A stretch of DNA of 64,000 nucleotides from Candidatus Omnitrophota bacterium (GTDB lineage Bacteria > Omnitrophota > Gorgyraeia > Tantalellales > Tantalellaceae), in the NCBI GenBank assembly GCA_014728075.1, contig WJMG01000075.1, positions 4,262-68,261 on the forward strand. Reading direction: 5' to 3'. Below, piece by piece: positions 18,007 to 28,157 of this stretch. Within the stretch, counting starts at the first letter, position 1, and every line of letters begins with the position of its first letter. The notes under the pieces are model-generated. The model was not told the origin of the DNA, did not search any database, and saw only the letters and a program-made list of their open reading frames with translations. Made by a program: the position numbers and the translations under genes.

Positions 18007-18471
18007 TTATCTTTTGCATTTTTTGCCTTTCTTCTCTTCCCTGCAAAGGTCTTTCATCTCCTCGTATTGTTCTTTGCTGAGTATCTGCTTTAATTCCGCG
18101 CATGCAGCCGCTACTTTTTTAGCCTTTGCTTTCTTTATGTCGTACTTCTTATCTATCAGACCGTCTACTTTATCCAGGTCGATCTTGTCTTTCCACATCT
18201 CTTTCTTTATGTCAAGATAGACCAGGTCCTTTTCCGCGTCCCTGGTTATGACCTCTTTTTTCAGATCGTACTTCATTTTCTTGAGCTTTTCGTACTGGTC
18301 AGCGGAAAGGTCCAGTTCCTTTTTGTTCATTAGAGCTACCTTTATCTTTTTAAGGACCTTGTCCTCCCATCCCATTTTCGAGCAATGGCCGCCGGCGTAC
18401 GAAACGCCGCCGAAAACGAAAGATAAGACCAAAACGGTTACCGCGGCGCACTTGATTATCTTTCCAGACAT
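18007..18471 (-). CDS. periplasmic LTXXQ-motif protein (CpxP/Spy/ZraP family)
   Basis: Signal peptide from MSGKII; repeated LSADQYEKLKKM / LSKEQYEEMKDL motifs, lysine-rich helical protein. Confidence 0.65.
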   Translation of the reverse strand: MSGKIIKCAAVTVLVLSFVFGGVSYAGGHCSKMGWEDKVLKKIKVALMNKKELDLSADQYEKLKKMKYDLKKEVITRDAEKDLVYLDIKKEMWKDKIDLDKVDGLIDKKYDIKKAKAKKVAAACAELKQILSKEQYEEMKDLCREEKKGKKCKR

Positions 18472-18525
18472 TTTCTCCTCCTTTACCGGTTTGTGTTCAA
18501 GATACCCTTTAGCCAATATCAAAGT

Positions 18526-19134
18526 TTACCCTGTACCCAGCACATAGGCAAGTACGGCATCCGCCTGCTTGGCCGCCGCGACGCTGACCCCGGGAGATAA
18601 AGGGGGCTTCTGCGCTGTATCCGAAGAAAGATCTCCCACCAGGACCAGACCTTTTTTCAGGTTTCTCACCCTTATCCCGTCAGTATCACCGTATCCGGAT
18701 ATGCCCGAGGCAGAGACCACGAACTTACCTGTATTCATCAGAGCGGCTATCAGTTTTGATTTATATTCGGCCGCGTCGAACGCTTCCACCACAATATCAC
18801 ATTCCCCGAAAACCGCCATAATGTCGGGAGATTCCAGCTTTCGGCAGACCGCCTCTATCTCTACATCACGGTTGATCCTCAAAAGATTGGCCTTAAGGGC
18901 TTCCACTTTACTATCACCAACCTGGTCCTCAAAATAGAACTGCCGGTTGAGATTCGATAACTCGACCCGGTCGAAATCAACTATGAGAAATCTCCTGAAA
19001 CCCGACCTTACGAGACAGGCGGCGCAATTCGACCCCAAACCCCCTGCCCCGGCTATGCCCACCCTCACGGCCTGTATCTTTTTCAGGTTCTCTTCACCTA
19101 TATATCCGGCTATGGCTTTTTCGAAATTGTTCAT
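18526..19134 (-). CDS. thiF: ThiF/MoeB-family E1-like adenylyltransferase (sulfur carrier ThiS adenylyltransferase)
   Basis: Rossmann motif VGIAGAGGLGS; start set at MNNFEK with a GAGGT Shine-Dalgarno sequence; last gene of the thi operon. Confidence 0.8.
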   Translation of the reverse strand: MNNFEKAIAGYIGEENLKKIQAVRVGIAGAGGLGSNCAACLVRSGFRRFLIVDFDRVELSNLNRQFYFEDQVGDSKVEALKANLLRINRDVEIEAVCRKLESPDIMAVFGECDIVVEAFDAAEYKSKLIAALMNTGKFVVSASGISGYGDTDGIRVRNLKKGLVLVGDLSSDTAQKPPLSPGVSVAAAKQADAVLAYVLGTG

Positions 19135-19216
19135 GATATTACTGACCTCTGACCACAGACCACGGACCACTTGCTATTATATTAAAATATGCGGTCTGTC
19201 GGCCGATGTCTGTCAT

Positions 19217-20329
19217 CTAAATATCCATCCAGTCCTTTAATACGGGCTGATACCCTTTTTCCTTAAGCATCGCGCGTATCTCAGCCACATCCCTTCTGTC
19301 CGCTATGTCGAACTGCGTGATGTACGGCCCGTCCGGGGCCTTGAGGGTGTGACCACCCACGGCGGTAGTAGACCCCGCGGACATACGCGTAACCCCGAGA
19401 GGTATGAGGTTCTCACGGAACCGGGCGCCTTCTCTTGTTGAAAGCGTTATTCCAACCCTGGGAAGGAATATCCTGAAAGCGGTTAAGATCTGCGCGACTT
19501 CCACCTCCGATACGGTACACGCCGGCAGGAAATCTCCGGAACAGGGCCTGAGGCGCGGCACGGATACGCTTATCTCGGCCGCGGGGAACTCTTTCTGCAG
19601 ATAAGCGGCATGCAGTCCGGTAAAGAATACCTCTTTTCTCCAGTCGTTCAGACCCAGCAAAGCGCCTATATTAATGGTCCTCATTCCCGCTCTGCCCGCC
19701 CTTTCGGGGGCTTCCAGACGGAATTCATAATTCTTTTTAACTCCCGACACATGCACTTTGTCGTATACGCCACGGTCATAGACTTCCTGATATATGGTAA
19801 GACCGTCAACACCCGCGCTTATGAGCTCCCTGTATTCTTCTCCGGAGAGCGCGTATACTTCTATCGATATGGAACTGAAATATGCCTTAAGGACCCCGAC
19901 ACATTCCTTTATATAAGATACGGGACTTGCTTTTCTGGACCCGCCCGTAAGGATAAGCAGGTGTTTCAGGCCCGTGGAAGAAATGAACTCCGCCTCTTTT
20001 TCAACTTCCTCAAGGGTAAGCTTTCTGCCGGCCCTTACGCCGCGCGAACTGAATCCGCAATAGGCGCAATCGTTCTCGCAATGATCGGCAAGGTACATGG
20101 GAGTATAAAGCTGTATCACCCTTCCGAAATTCTTCAAGGTCAAACGGTGAGCCCTCTGAGCCATCTCTTCAATAAGACCTTCCGCGGCCGGGGAAAGCAT
20201 CGCCAGAAAGTCCTTCTCTCCCGGCCTGCCTGAACGGACGGCCCGTTCAACATGCTTTACGGACACTGAATCCAGAAACGCTTCCAGATCCGTATTGTCA
20301 TATTTATCATATATGGGAATAAAGCTCAT
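19217..20329 (-). CDS. thiH: 2-iminoacetate synthase ThiH (radical SAM)
   Basis: CENDCAYCGF radical-SAM motif, about 370 aa, thi operon context. Confidence 0.85.
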   Translation of the reverse strand: MSFIPIYDKYDNTDLEAFLDSVSVKHVERAVRSGRPGEKDFLAMLSPAAEGLIEEMAQRAHRLTLKNFGRVIQLYTPMYLADHCENDCAYCGFSSRGVRAGRKLTLEEVEKEAEFISSTGLKHLLILTGGSRKASPVSYIKECVGVLKAYFSSISIEVYALSGEEYRELISAGVDGLTIYQEVYDRGVYDKVHVSGVKKNYEFRLEAPERAGRAGMRTINIGALLGLNDWRKEVFFTGLHAAYLQKEFPAAEISVSVPRLRPCSGDFLPACTVSEVEVAQILTAFRIFLPRVGITLSTREGARFRENLIPLGVTRMSAGSTTAVGGHTLKAPDGPYITQFDIADRRDVAEIRAMLKEKGYQPVLKDWMDI

Positions 20330-20427
20330 GATCTTTGATCTCCGAAGCACTGACGACGGGCCAAATACTTATACTGCAAAAACATGTGGCAGGTAGCCCG
20401 TGGTCTGCCGGTATTTCTTCTTCGCAA

Positions 20428-21198
20428 TTAGCCTCTCAAAAAACCCGTAAGAGGGGAAGAGGCTTCCGCTTCCTTTGTCTTCGGGCCCTTTCCCGCAAGA
20501 TAAGCGAGCCTCCCCGCTTTCACCGCGAGAGAAAAAGCTTCCGCCATGGAAACGGGATCTTCCGAAGCGGCGAGCGCCGTATTGACGAGCACGGCGGCAC
20601 AACCCAGTTCCATACATTCCGCGGCTTCCGACGGGCTTCCTATTCCGGCGTCCACTATGACCGGAAGCGCTATCTCCTCTACCAGTATCTCCACGAGCTC
20701 CCGGGTCCTTAAGCCCCGGTTGGTACCTATAGGGGCTCCCAGAGGCATTATCGCCGCGGCGCCGGCATCCTGCATTCTCCTGGCTGCCGTAAGGTCCGGG
20801 TTCATGTAAGGAAGCACCGTAAACCCTTCACCCGCCAGGATCTCCACGGTTTTCAGGGTTTCGGTATTATCGGGCAGAAGGTACTTGTTATCGGCTATCA
20901 CTTCCACCTTTATCCAGCTGCCGCATCCCGCCGCCCGGGCCAGCCTGGCTATCCTCACCGCTTCTTCGGCATTACGGGCTCCCGATGTATTGGGCATAAG
21001 TATACATCTTTCGGGTATATGGTCCAGGATGTTCTCGTCTTCGGAGTCCGCGTCAACGCGCCTCAAGGCGACGGTAACGACCTCCGCGCCGGACCTTTCG
21101 AGAACTTCCCTGACAAGTGATTTCCTCGCGAATTTGCCCGTCCCCACGAACAACCTGCTGGCAAGTTCCTTTCCGCCTATATTAAGAAGATCTGACAT
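20428..21198 (-). CDS. thiG: thiazole synthase ThiG
   Basis: [24 protein letters not shown]-terminus characteristic of ThiG; AAGGAG Shine-Dalgarno sequence. Confidence 0.9.
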   Translation of the reverse strand: MSDLLNIGGKELASRLFVGTGKFARKSLVREVLERSGAEVVTVALRRVDADSEDENILDHIPERCILMPNTSGARNAEEAVRIARLARAAGCGSWIKVEVIADNKYLLPDNTETLKTVEILAGEGFTVLPYMNPDLTAARRMQDAGAAAIMPLGAPIGTNRGLRTRELVEILVEEIALPVIVDAGIGSPSEAAECMELGCAAVLVNTALAASEDPVSMAEAFSLAVKAGRLAYLAGKGPKTKEAEASSPLTGFLRG

Positions 21199-21259
21199 GG
21201 TAACTCCTTTTTCAGGTTTAGGTTTAGGAGGCATTCGGCCTGTATTTTCTGGACCTGCC

Positions 21260-21886
21260 CTAAAGACTTATTCTCTCTTTAAATTCTCTTACCTTTCCCC
21301 CGATATCCCCGGCCTGCGTTATGGCTCTTATGACCGCGATATTGCGCACTCCCTTATTTATCAAAATATCAATATTTTTCATATCGATCCCGCCGATGAA
21401 AATAACCGGCTTTTCGGCTGTCCCAAGGACCTCTTCAACATTATCGGCACCTATATGATAATCCTTGGTCCTCGTTTCGAATATCGGCCCGAACGCTATA
21501 TAGTCAATGTCCTTTTTATTCGCGTCGCCGAACTGTTCGACCGAATGCGTAGACAGCCCGATCATCTTTTCCCCGCCGAGGATCTCCCGGGTCTTCTCAA
21601 TCGTATATTTCTCCGCGTCTTCCTGACCCAGATGAACACCGTCGGCGTCAAGTTCAGCGGCTAAAAAGGGATCGTCGTTCACTATGAACTTAACGCCCTT
21701 TTCCCTGCAGACTCTCAAAAGTTGGGACCCCAGAGCCTTAAGCTCATCACGGGTCTTGCCCTTCTCCCGCATCTGCAGTATATCTATACCGGCTTCTATC
21801 GCCTCCAGCGCGACTTCAAGGGTGCTTCTACCGTTAGAGTGTTCTTCAGATGTAACGAAGTACAGATTCGAGTTATCAGGGTTCAT
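21260..21886 (-). CDS. thiE: thiamine-phosphate synthase ThiE
   Basis: TIM-barrel ThiE motifs ([22 protein letters not shown]). Confidence 0.85.
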   Translation of the reverse strand: MNPDNSNLYFVTSEEHSNGRSTLEVALEAIEAGIDILQMREKGKTRDELKALGSQLLRVCREKGVKFIVNDDPFLAAELDADGVHLGQEDAEKYTIEKTREILGGEKMIGLSTHSVEQFGDANKKDIDYIAFGPIFETRTKDYHIGADNVEEVLGTAEKPVIFIGGIDMKNIDILINKGVRNIAVIRAITQAGDIGGKVREFKERISL

Positions 21887-21955
21887 GGTATTATGTTTAG
21901 GTCCAGAAGGCATTCGGCCTGTATTTTCTGGAGAGGGGGGATCTGCCCAAAGGGC

Positions 21956-22153
21956 TTATCCCCCTCCAACGAAGCTGATTATTTCTATATTATCGCTCTC
22001 GTTAATTATCACCTCTGCCCATTTATCCTTCTCAACGACCGAAAGGTTATATTCAATAACTATATTATCAGGGATGAGTTCTTTGCTCTCGACAAGAGAC
22101 AACAAAGTACCCCCTTCGAATTCCTGTTCTTTTCCGTTTATGCGTATCTTCAT
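21956..22153 (-). CDS. thiS: sulfur carrier protein ThiS
   Basis: 65 aa from MKIRINGK to the C-terminal GG. Confidence 0.8.
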   Translation of the reverse strand: MKIRINGKEQEFEGGTLLSLVESKELIPDNIVIEYNLSVVEKDKWAEVIINESDNIEIISFVGGG

Positions 22154-22231
22154 AGTTTCACTTCTAAAACAATATGTTAGGTTTAGGAAGAGCCTGCAGA
22201 CCAAAGGTCTGATGAGTCTCAAACTGGACCC

Positions 22232-22370
22232 ACAACAAAAGAACTCCCTGCTTTTTCCGCGCAGGGAGTTCTTTTGTTTTCTCCTCCCTACGCCGGCATT
22301 AACCGGATCAGGTCAACGGGTAATCCGACTTCATCGGAACTCTCAGAAGGACCAGCCTCCTCCCCGGGAT
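22232..22370 (-). ncRNA. TPP (thiamine pyrophosphate) riboswitch with terminator expression platform
   Basis: Minus-sense sequence carries the conserved GGGGAG...CUGAGA...ACCC...UGACCUGAUCCGGUUAAUGCCGGCGUAGGGA core. It is followed by hairpin AAAAGAACUCCCUGC/GCAGGGAGUUCUUUU plus a U-rich tail, about 80 nt upstream of thiS. Confidence 0.85.
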
Positions 22371-22505
22371 ATCTTTTTTTTCACATATTATAAAGGACCT
22401 CCCGGTCATATCCTGTCGAGCGGCCTTTATCCAAGACCTCAAAAAAACCGAAGATCCTCAAATGAAATTAGACCATAATACTACAGTAAAGTCAATATAT
22501 TGATA

Positions 22506-23855
22506 TCACTCTTTCTCTTTCAAGTAGCTGTCCATGGCCCTGGCGGCGCGTTTCCCGGCGCCCATCGCCAATATAACTGTCGCGGATCCCGTGACTATAT
22601 CACCGCCGGCAAAAATATCCCCGACGCTCGTCCTTCCTTCAGGATCAGCCTCAATATAGCCTTTCCCGTTAAGCTTTAATCCTTTTATAGTACTTAAGAG
22701 AAGTGGATTGGGTCCGCTTCCTATAGCCACGATGACCGTATCGGCGGGGATTTCGAACTCCGAATTCTCCAAAGGCACGGGCCGCCTCCTTCCGCTTTCG
22801 TCGGGAGGGCCGAGCTCGTTCCTCGTACAGACCAGGGTTTTTGCCGCGCCTTGAGGACCCGCGAGTATTTTCGCGGGAGAAGAGAGAAAAAGGAATTTTA
22901 CGCCTTCCTCACGGGCGTGGGTTATTTCATCCCTGCGCGCGGGCATCTCTTTTTCGGTGCGCCTGTAAACTACGGTAACTTCGCCTGCTCCGCACCTCAA
23001 AGCGCTGCGTGCGGAATCCATGGCCACATTCCCCCCCCCTACGACCACGGCCTTACGCCCGACATTAACGGGGGTATCGTATTCGGGGAATTTGTATGCT
23101 TTCATGAGGTTTATCCTGGTCAGGAATTCGTTCGCCGAATAGACGCCTTTCAGGTTCTCTCCTTCTATCCCCAGAAAATAAGGAAGCCCGGCGCCGGAAC
23201 TTATGTAAAAGGCCTTGAACCCTTCTCTCCTGAGGTCCTCTATGGTCTTTATCTTCCCTATTACATAATTAAGTTTTATCTCTACTCCTTTGCCCCGGAT
23301 ATTATCCACTTCCCCCGCGACTATCCCGTTGGGCAGCCTGAATTCCGGTATACCGTAAGCCAAGACGCCTCCGGCCTTATGCAGGGCCTCAAAAACCGTG
23401 ACCCTGTAGCCTTTTTCCGCCAGATCGGCCGCGCAGGTAAGCCCTCCCGGGCCGGATCCTATTACCGCGACGGCGGGGCCCTCCGGCTTCTTTTCGCTCG
23501 CTCTCTTAACGGAAAATTCAGAGGCAAATCTTTCCAGGGCCCCGATATTGATAGGCTTTCCCGTCTTGTTCAGCACACAACGGACTTCACACTGATCCTC
23601 CTGGGGGCAGACCCTCCCGCAGACGGCCGGCAGGTTGCTGGTCTCGCCGATAACGGAGACGGCTTTTTCGAATTTTTTTTCTTTTATCGCCCTGATAAAA
23701 CCGGGTATGTTTATCTCCGCGGGACATCCTTTCACACAGGGAGGATCAGGGCACTGAAGACATCGGGACGCTTCCCTTACGGCTTCTTCTTCGGTGTAAC
23801 CATAAGGAACCTCATTGAAGTTCTTTACCCTGTCTTTCGGACATTGTTCTCTCAT
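22506..23855 (-). CDS. nfnB: NfnB / sulfide-dehydrogenase-alpha-like subunit (glutamate-synthase-small-subunit family, FAD/NADPH, 2x[4Fe-4S])
   Basis: 449 aa; N-terminal Cys clusters (CLQCPDPPCVKGCP, CGRVCP), two dinucleotide-binding motifs (VIGSGPGG, VVGGGNVAMD). Confidence 0.8.
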   Translation of the reverse strand: MREQCPKDRVKNFNEVPYGYTEEEAVREASRCLQCPDPPCVKGCPAEINIPGFIRAIKEKKFEKAVSVIGETSNLPAVCGRVCPQEDQCEVRCVLNKTGKPINIGALERFASEFSVKRASEKKPEGPAVAVIGSGPGGLTCAADLAEKGYRVTVFEALHKAGGVLAYGIPEFRLPNGIVAGEVDNIRGKGVEIKLNYVIGKIKTIEDLRREGFKAFYISSGAGLPYFLGIEGENLKGVYSANEFLTRINLMKAYKFPEYDTPVNVGRKAVVVGGGNVAMDSARSALRCGAGEVTVVYRRTEKEMPARRDEITHAREEGVKFLFLSSPAKILAGPQGAAKTLVCTRNELGPPDESGRRRPVPLENSEFEIPADTVIVAIGSGPNPLLLSTIKGLKLNGKGYIEADPEGRTSVGDIFAGGDIVTGSATVILAMGAGKRAARAMDSYLKEKE

Positions 23856-23926
23856 GACTTGAACACCAGAACACGAAGTCTCAAGGATGACCTATAATGT
23901 ATTCCCTGATCTGTTGTTTTTCCTTT

Positions 23927-24781
23927 TTACTTTCCCCTTCCCGCCGAAGGCGGGACAAGGCCTATCCTGCATTTATGCTCGAGAGCTTGCCGCTCTTTTT
24001 CCACATAACTGCTCACCCTTCTGCCGAGATCCTCAAAATCGACTTTGCTGGCGTCGAAATCAGGCCCGTCGTAACAGGCGAATCTCTTTTCGCCGCCGTA
24101 CAATATCCTGCAGCATCCGCACATGCCGGTGCCGTCGACCATGAGAGCATTAAGCGATACTCTTGTTTCCAGGTTCTCCGACAGGGTCATTCCGCTTACG
24201 GCTTTCATCATGGCCACCGGGCCTACCACAAAAGCCAGATCGTACTTTTTCTTTGTGAGGAGGCCTCCGAGAACATCGGTCACGAAGCCTTTCCGGCCGT
24301 ACGACCCGTCATCGGTGGTGACATGAACTTCACGGCAGAATTCTTTGAGCTCTTTTTCGCAAAGAACGAGTTCTTTCGTTCGAAAACCGGCAATAACCTC
24401 GACTTCCGAACCGTTACCGGCGAAAAGCCTGGCAACGGGATATGCTTCCGCGACCCCTACCCCTCCGCCTACCACTATAACTTTTCCGTACCCCGCCCCG
24501 GAAACCCTGTGGCCCAGAGGCCCGGCGATATCCGCCACATGACCGCCCTCCCCCAGAGAGCAAAGTTTACGGGTGCTTACGCCCACCGCCTGGCAAACGA
24601 CCGAAACCGTACCTCTTTCCGGATCCATGTCGTGTATAGTCAGGGGAAACCGCTCGCCTTTTTCATCCACTCGAAGGACGAGGAACTGTCCCGGCCCCGC
24701 GGCGGCGGCAATGTCCGGAGCATGGAACTCCACAAGGCAGGTTTCAGAGTTAAGCTGTTCTTTTGAGAGTATTTTGAACAT
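23927..24781 (-). CDS. nfnA: NfnA / sulfide-dehydrogenase-beta-like ferredoxin-NADP reductase subunit (FAD, 2Fe-2S)
   Basis: 284 aa PyrK-like; C-terminal CGCC...C cluster motif (TGMCGCCRILYGGEKRFAC). Confidence 0.8.
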   Translation of the reverse strand: MFKILSKEQLNSETCLVEFHAPDIAAAAGPGQFLVLRVDEKGERFPLTIHDMDPERGTVSVVCQAVGVSTRKLCSLGEGGHVADIAGPLGHRVSGAGYGKVIVVGGGVGVAEAYPVARLFAGNGSEVEVIAGFRTKELVLCEKELKEFCREVHVTTDDGSYGRKGFVTDVLGGLLTKKKYDLAFVVGPVAMMKAVSGMTLSENLETRVSLNALMVDGTGMCGCCRILYGGEKRFACYDGPDFDASKVDFEDLGRRVSSYVEKERQALEHKCRIGLVPPSAGRGK

Positions 24782-25776
24782 CAGAGCCTCTCTAAAACGG
24801 CATCGGTAAAGCCGCCGGTGGTACCCTTTCCCCCGAGATCAGGAGTGAGGCGGTCTTTTGTAGACAGAACATCCTCCAGGGCGGATCGTATGTTCCCCGC
24901 TCTCTCTCCCATGCCTATATGATCGAGCATAAGGGCGGAGGCAAGTATCAGCGAGGAAGGGTTCGCTATGTTCTTTCCGGCTATATCCGGGGCCGATCCG
25001 TGTACCGCTTCGAAGATAGCCGCGTCGTTCCCGATATTGGCCCCCGGGGTCAACCCCAGCCCTCCCACCAGACCGGCGCAAAGATCGGAAATAATATCAC
25101 CGAAAAGATTGGTGGTCACGATCACATCGAACTGTCCCGGATCCATTACCAGCTGCATGCAGCAATTATCGACAAGCATCTCCGCCGTCTCAATATCGGG
25201 ATATTCGGGCGCGATCTCACGGGAAGTCTTAAGGAACAGGCCCGAAGTGGACTTTAGTATATTGGCCTTGTTGACCACGGTCACTTTCTTTCTTCCCTTT
25301 TTTCTGGCGGTTTCGTAAGCGAATTTGAGAACACGGCGGCATCCTTCCCTGGTTACTACGCTTACGGCGGTGGCTTCCCCTTCCTCGGAAACATGCTGCC
25401 CCACGCCCGAATACATACCCTGGGTATTTTCCCTTATGGTGATTATATCGACCCCTTCGTATCTGGACAATGTCCCGGGGAAAGACCTGGCCGGCCTGAG
25501 GTTCGCGTAAAGGTCGAACATTTTGCGCAGCGTAACATTTACGGAAGTAAAGCCTTCACCTATGGGCGTTGTCAAAGGCCCCTTGAGAACTATCCTGTTC
25601 CGCTCGATGGATTCTATGGTCTCCCGCGGTATAAGGTCTTTGCCCTCATCCAGCGCGCTCCGGCCCGCGACAGCCGTTTCGTATTCCAGTCCCGCACCCG
25701 CCTTTTCAAGGACCTTCAGGGCCGCGTCGACTATCGAAGGACCTATACCGTCGCCCGGTATCACGGTTATCTTCAT
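24781..25776 (-). CDS. isocitrate/homoisocitrate dehydrogenase family (NAD-dependent IDH-like)
   Basis: 331 aa, IRENTQGMYSG and NLFGDIISDLCAGLVGGLGL motifs of beta-decarboxylating dehydrogenases. Confidence 0.75.
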   Translation of the reverse strand: MKITVIPGDGIGPSIVDAALKVLEKAGAGLEYETAVAGRSALDEGKDLIPRETIESIERNRIVLKGPLTTPIGEGFTSVNVTLRKMFDLYANLRPARSFPGTLSRYEGVDIITIRENTQGMYSGVGQHVSEEGEATAVSVVTREGCRRVLKFAYETARKKGRKKVTVVNKANILKSTSGLFLKTSREIAPEYPDIETAEMLVDNCCMQLVMDPGQFDVIVTTNLFGDIISDLCAGLVGGLGLTPGANIGNDAAIFEAVHGSAPDIAGKNIANPSSLILASALMLDHIGMGERAGNIRSALEDVLSTKDRLTPDLGGKGTTGGFTDAVLERL

Positions 25777-26047
25777 CTCATCCCTTTCGGTTCGGGAACT
25801 TTTAAATTTACGCCTTGGTTTCCCTGGAAATGCCGGCGCTCAAAAGATCCCTAACAAAAACGCCCAGGCGGTGCTTTTCCGTAACGCCGCACGCATGAGC
25901 GTTTATCTTAATGCTTATGCCGGAAAAGGAGAAATCCTTCACCGTATATTTCCCGGCGGGTCACCTGCGTCACAATAATGTCTCGAACGGGCAATTCTGG
26001 CAAGCAAATACGCAACCCCCTGTAAGGCATACGGCATCCGCCTTGCT

Positions 26048-27217
26048 CTAGAGGACATCTTCGAGCAGGCGCTTTATCTCGGTCTCGGAGAACTGATCCA
26101 AACCCTCGAGCGAGGCCCTTACTTTAACGGTGTTCTGCGCCATTGCGTCCGTATCGGGGTTATCTATTCCTATCCCGCCCAGAGACGAGGGCAGGCCGAT
26201 AGAGATCAGAAAGGCCCGCGTAAGCTCTATCGCTTCCTTCGCCGCCTCTTCCGGCGGGTCTTCGGGTGATATCCCCCAGACATTTCTGCCGTAACGGGCG
26301 ATCTTTTCGGGGCCGTATTTTTCCGCCATCCTGGACATAAAGGCCGGCAAAAGTATAGCGAGCCCCGCGCCGTGGCTTATATCGTAGACGGCGCTTATTT
26401 CATGCTCTATCATGTGGAGCGTCCAGTCGGCGATCTTGCCTTTACCCAGAAGGCCGTTCAACGCGAGGGTGGATGTCCACATTATATTGGCCCTGGCCCC
26501 GTAATCACGGGGAGATTCCACGCATACCGGCCCGTATTCTATACACACCCGGAGGAGGCCCTCGGCGATGGCGTCCTGTGCGGCCGCGTCCATCTCGAAA
26601 GGCGTCAGATAGGACTCAAATATATGGGCCATTATATCGGCTATACCGGCAGCGGTATGGTACCTGTTGACCGAAAAGGTATAAACGGGGTCCAAAATGG
26701 AAAAGACCGGCTGCAAACAGGGAGAGATCAGGGGCACCTTTCTCTTCGAGCCTTCCCTGGAGATCACGGTGTTAGGGTTCATCTCCGTGCCTGTCGCGGC
26801 AAGAGTAAGCACCGTTCCCAGGGGCAAAGCCTCTGCGGGGCATTCCCCTCCTTCAAAAAAATCCCAGACATCACCTTCGTATGGGACGCCGGCAGCGATC
26901 GCCTTTGCCGCGTCTATTACGCTTCCTCCGCCCACCGGCAAAAGAAAATCTATTTTCTCGCTCCTGCATATATCAATACCTTCGTAAACGCTTTCCAGCC
27001 GGGGGTTAGGCTTTATCCCGGAAAGGTCCGTATATTCGACTCCCGCCTTATCCACCTGCTCAAGGACCTCGTCGAGTATACCGTTCTTTTTCACGCTCCC
27101 GCCGCCTGTGACCACAAGGACCCTTTTAGCCCTTTTCTTGAGCTCTCCGGAAAGGTTGCAGACCTGCCCTTTGCCGAAATAGACGCAGGTCGGATTGAAA
27201 AAGATGAAATTCTGCAT
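26048..27217 (-). CDS. iron-containing (group III) alcohol dehydrogenase
   Basis: 389 aa, GGGS NAD-binding motif, His-rich iron site (HMIEH...H), similarity to BdhA/YqhD family. Confidence 0.85.
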   Translation of the reverse strand: MQNFIFFNPTCVYFGKGQVCNLSGELKKRAKRVLVVTGGGSVKKNGILDEVLEQVDKAGVEYTDLSGIKPNPRLESVYEGIDICRSEKIDFLLPVGGGSVIDAAKAIAAGVPYEGDVWDFFEGGECPAEALPLGTVLTLAATGTEMNPNTVISREGSKRKVPLISPCLQPVFSILDPVYTFSVNRYHTAAGIADIMAHIFESYLTPFEMDAAAQDAIAEGLLRVCIEYGPVCVESPRDYGARANIMWTSTLALNGLLGKGKIADWTLHMIEHEISAVYDISHGAGLAILLPAFMSRMAEKYGPEKIARYGRNVWGISPEDPPEEAAKEAIELTRAFLISIGLPSSLGGIGIDNPDTDAMAQNTVKVRASLEGLDQFSETEIKRLLEDVL

Positions 27218-27234
27218 ATCGGTTCTCCGGGGGG

Positions 27235-27618
27235 CTAAAGCTCTTTCTCTTCCTCCTCCTGGGGAGGTCCGGTCTTGGAAAGGAAAAAATCAATAAGGTA
27301 GTCCAGGCCCATGGTCTTGGGGATGAATCCGTCCGCGCCCAGCCTCTCGGCCTCGTCCATAAAATCCTGATCGTCGTATCCGCTGAACATGTATACGGGC
27401 ATGGAAGGATGTTCTCTTTTTATCTTTTCAAGCAAAGGAAAGCTTGTGCCCTTTTCGAGCATTATGTCCAGCAGGACAAATTCATATTCCGGTCCGAAGG
27501 CCTTTTCTGCCTCTTCCAGGGTGGAAGTCACATCCACTTTATAGCCTCTGCGCCCCATAAAATCGGATATCAATTCCCCCATACCGGCCTGGTCTTCCAG
27601 TAAAAGGATCTTCTTCAT
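27235..27618 (-). CDS. single-domain response regulator (CheY-like receiver)
   Basis: 127 aa; ILLLEDQ...LLDIMLE with phospho-acceptor Asp, downstream S/T and K. Confidence 0.75.
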   Translation of the reverse strand: MKKILLLEDQAGMGELISDFMGRRGYKVDVTSTLEEAEKAFGPEYEFVLLDIMLEKGTSFPLLEKIKREHPSMPVYMFSGYDDQDFMDEAERLGADGFIPKTMGLDYLIDFFLSKTGPPQEEEEKEL

Positions 27619-27654
27619 ATAAAACCCGGCTTGTCCGTGCGGACGATATGTTCT

Positions 27655-28062
27655 TTATTTTATCGACAGGTACTTGAGAAGAGCCTGCTTTGTCTGCGAC
27701 CCGACTATACCGTCAACTTTTAGACCGTGGTCCGCCTGGAACTCCCTGATCGCCCTTTTTGATTTGTTCCCGATCTTGCCGTCTATAGGCCCGTAATAAT
27801 AACCCGCGTTCTTTAACGCTTTCTGGATCTCTCTCTTCGACATGCTTATATCACGCGTAGAGGAAGGATCGGTCGCTGCCGGGGCCACAAAGGTCACGCT
27901 TTCGGAAGTTTCGGAAACCTGGTTCTCGAGCGATTGCTGCTCTCTTTCCATGCTGTTGACGCGGCTTTCCAGGGAATCCACTCTTTCTTCTAGGCCTGAC
28001 TGGAAGATAGCACATCCCGAAACAAGGGGCAGAACCGTAAGAATAGCCAATAACCTTTTCAT
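27655..28062 (-). CDS. lipoprotein with coiled-coil and C-terminal peptidoglycan-binding domain
   Basis: Lipobox LVSGC; C-terminal PG_binding_1-like YYYGPIDGKIGNKSKRAIREFQADHGLKVDGIVGSQT. Confidence 0.6.
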   Translation of the reverse strand: MKRLLAILTVLPLVSGCAIFQSGLEERVDSLESRVNSMEREQQSLENQVSETSESVTFVAPAATDPSSTRDISMSKREIQKALKNAGYYYGPIDGKIGNKSKRAIREFQADHGLKVDGIVGSQTKQALLKYLSIK

Positions 28063-28157
28063 GCTTCCTCCTTATATTGTTTTTCCGGTAACAAGTTGCC
28101 GTTACATACAATATTATATTATACAGGATGAGTTTGCAACAGAAATCTGGGAAAGTG

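Noticed and set aside
25777-26047. 271-bp gap between the IDH-like gene and Fe-ADH: looked for a small gene or riboswitch
   Set aside because: Only a 33-codon minus-strand ORF without a Shine-Dalgarno sequence, and no recognisable riboswitch core motif; left unannotated.
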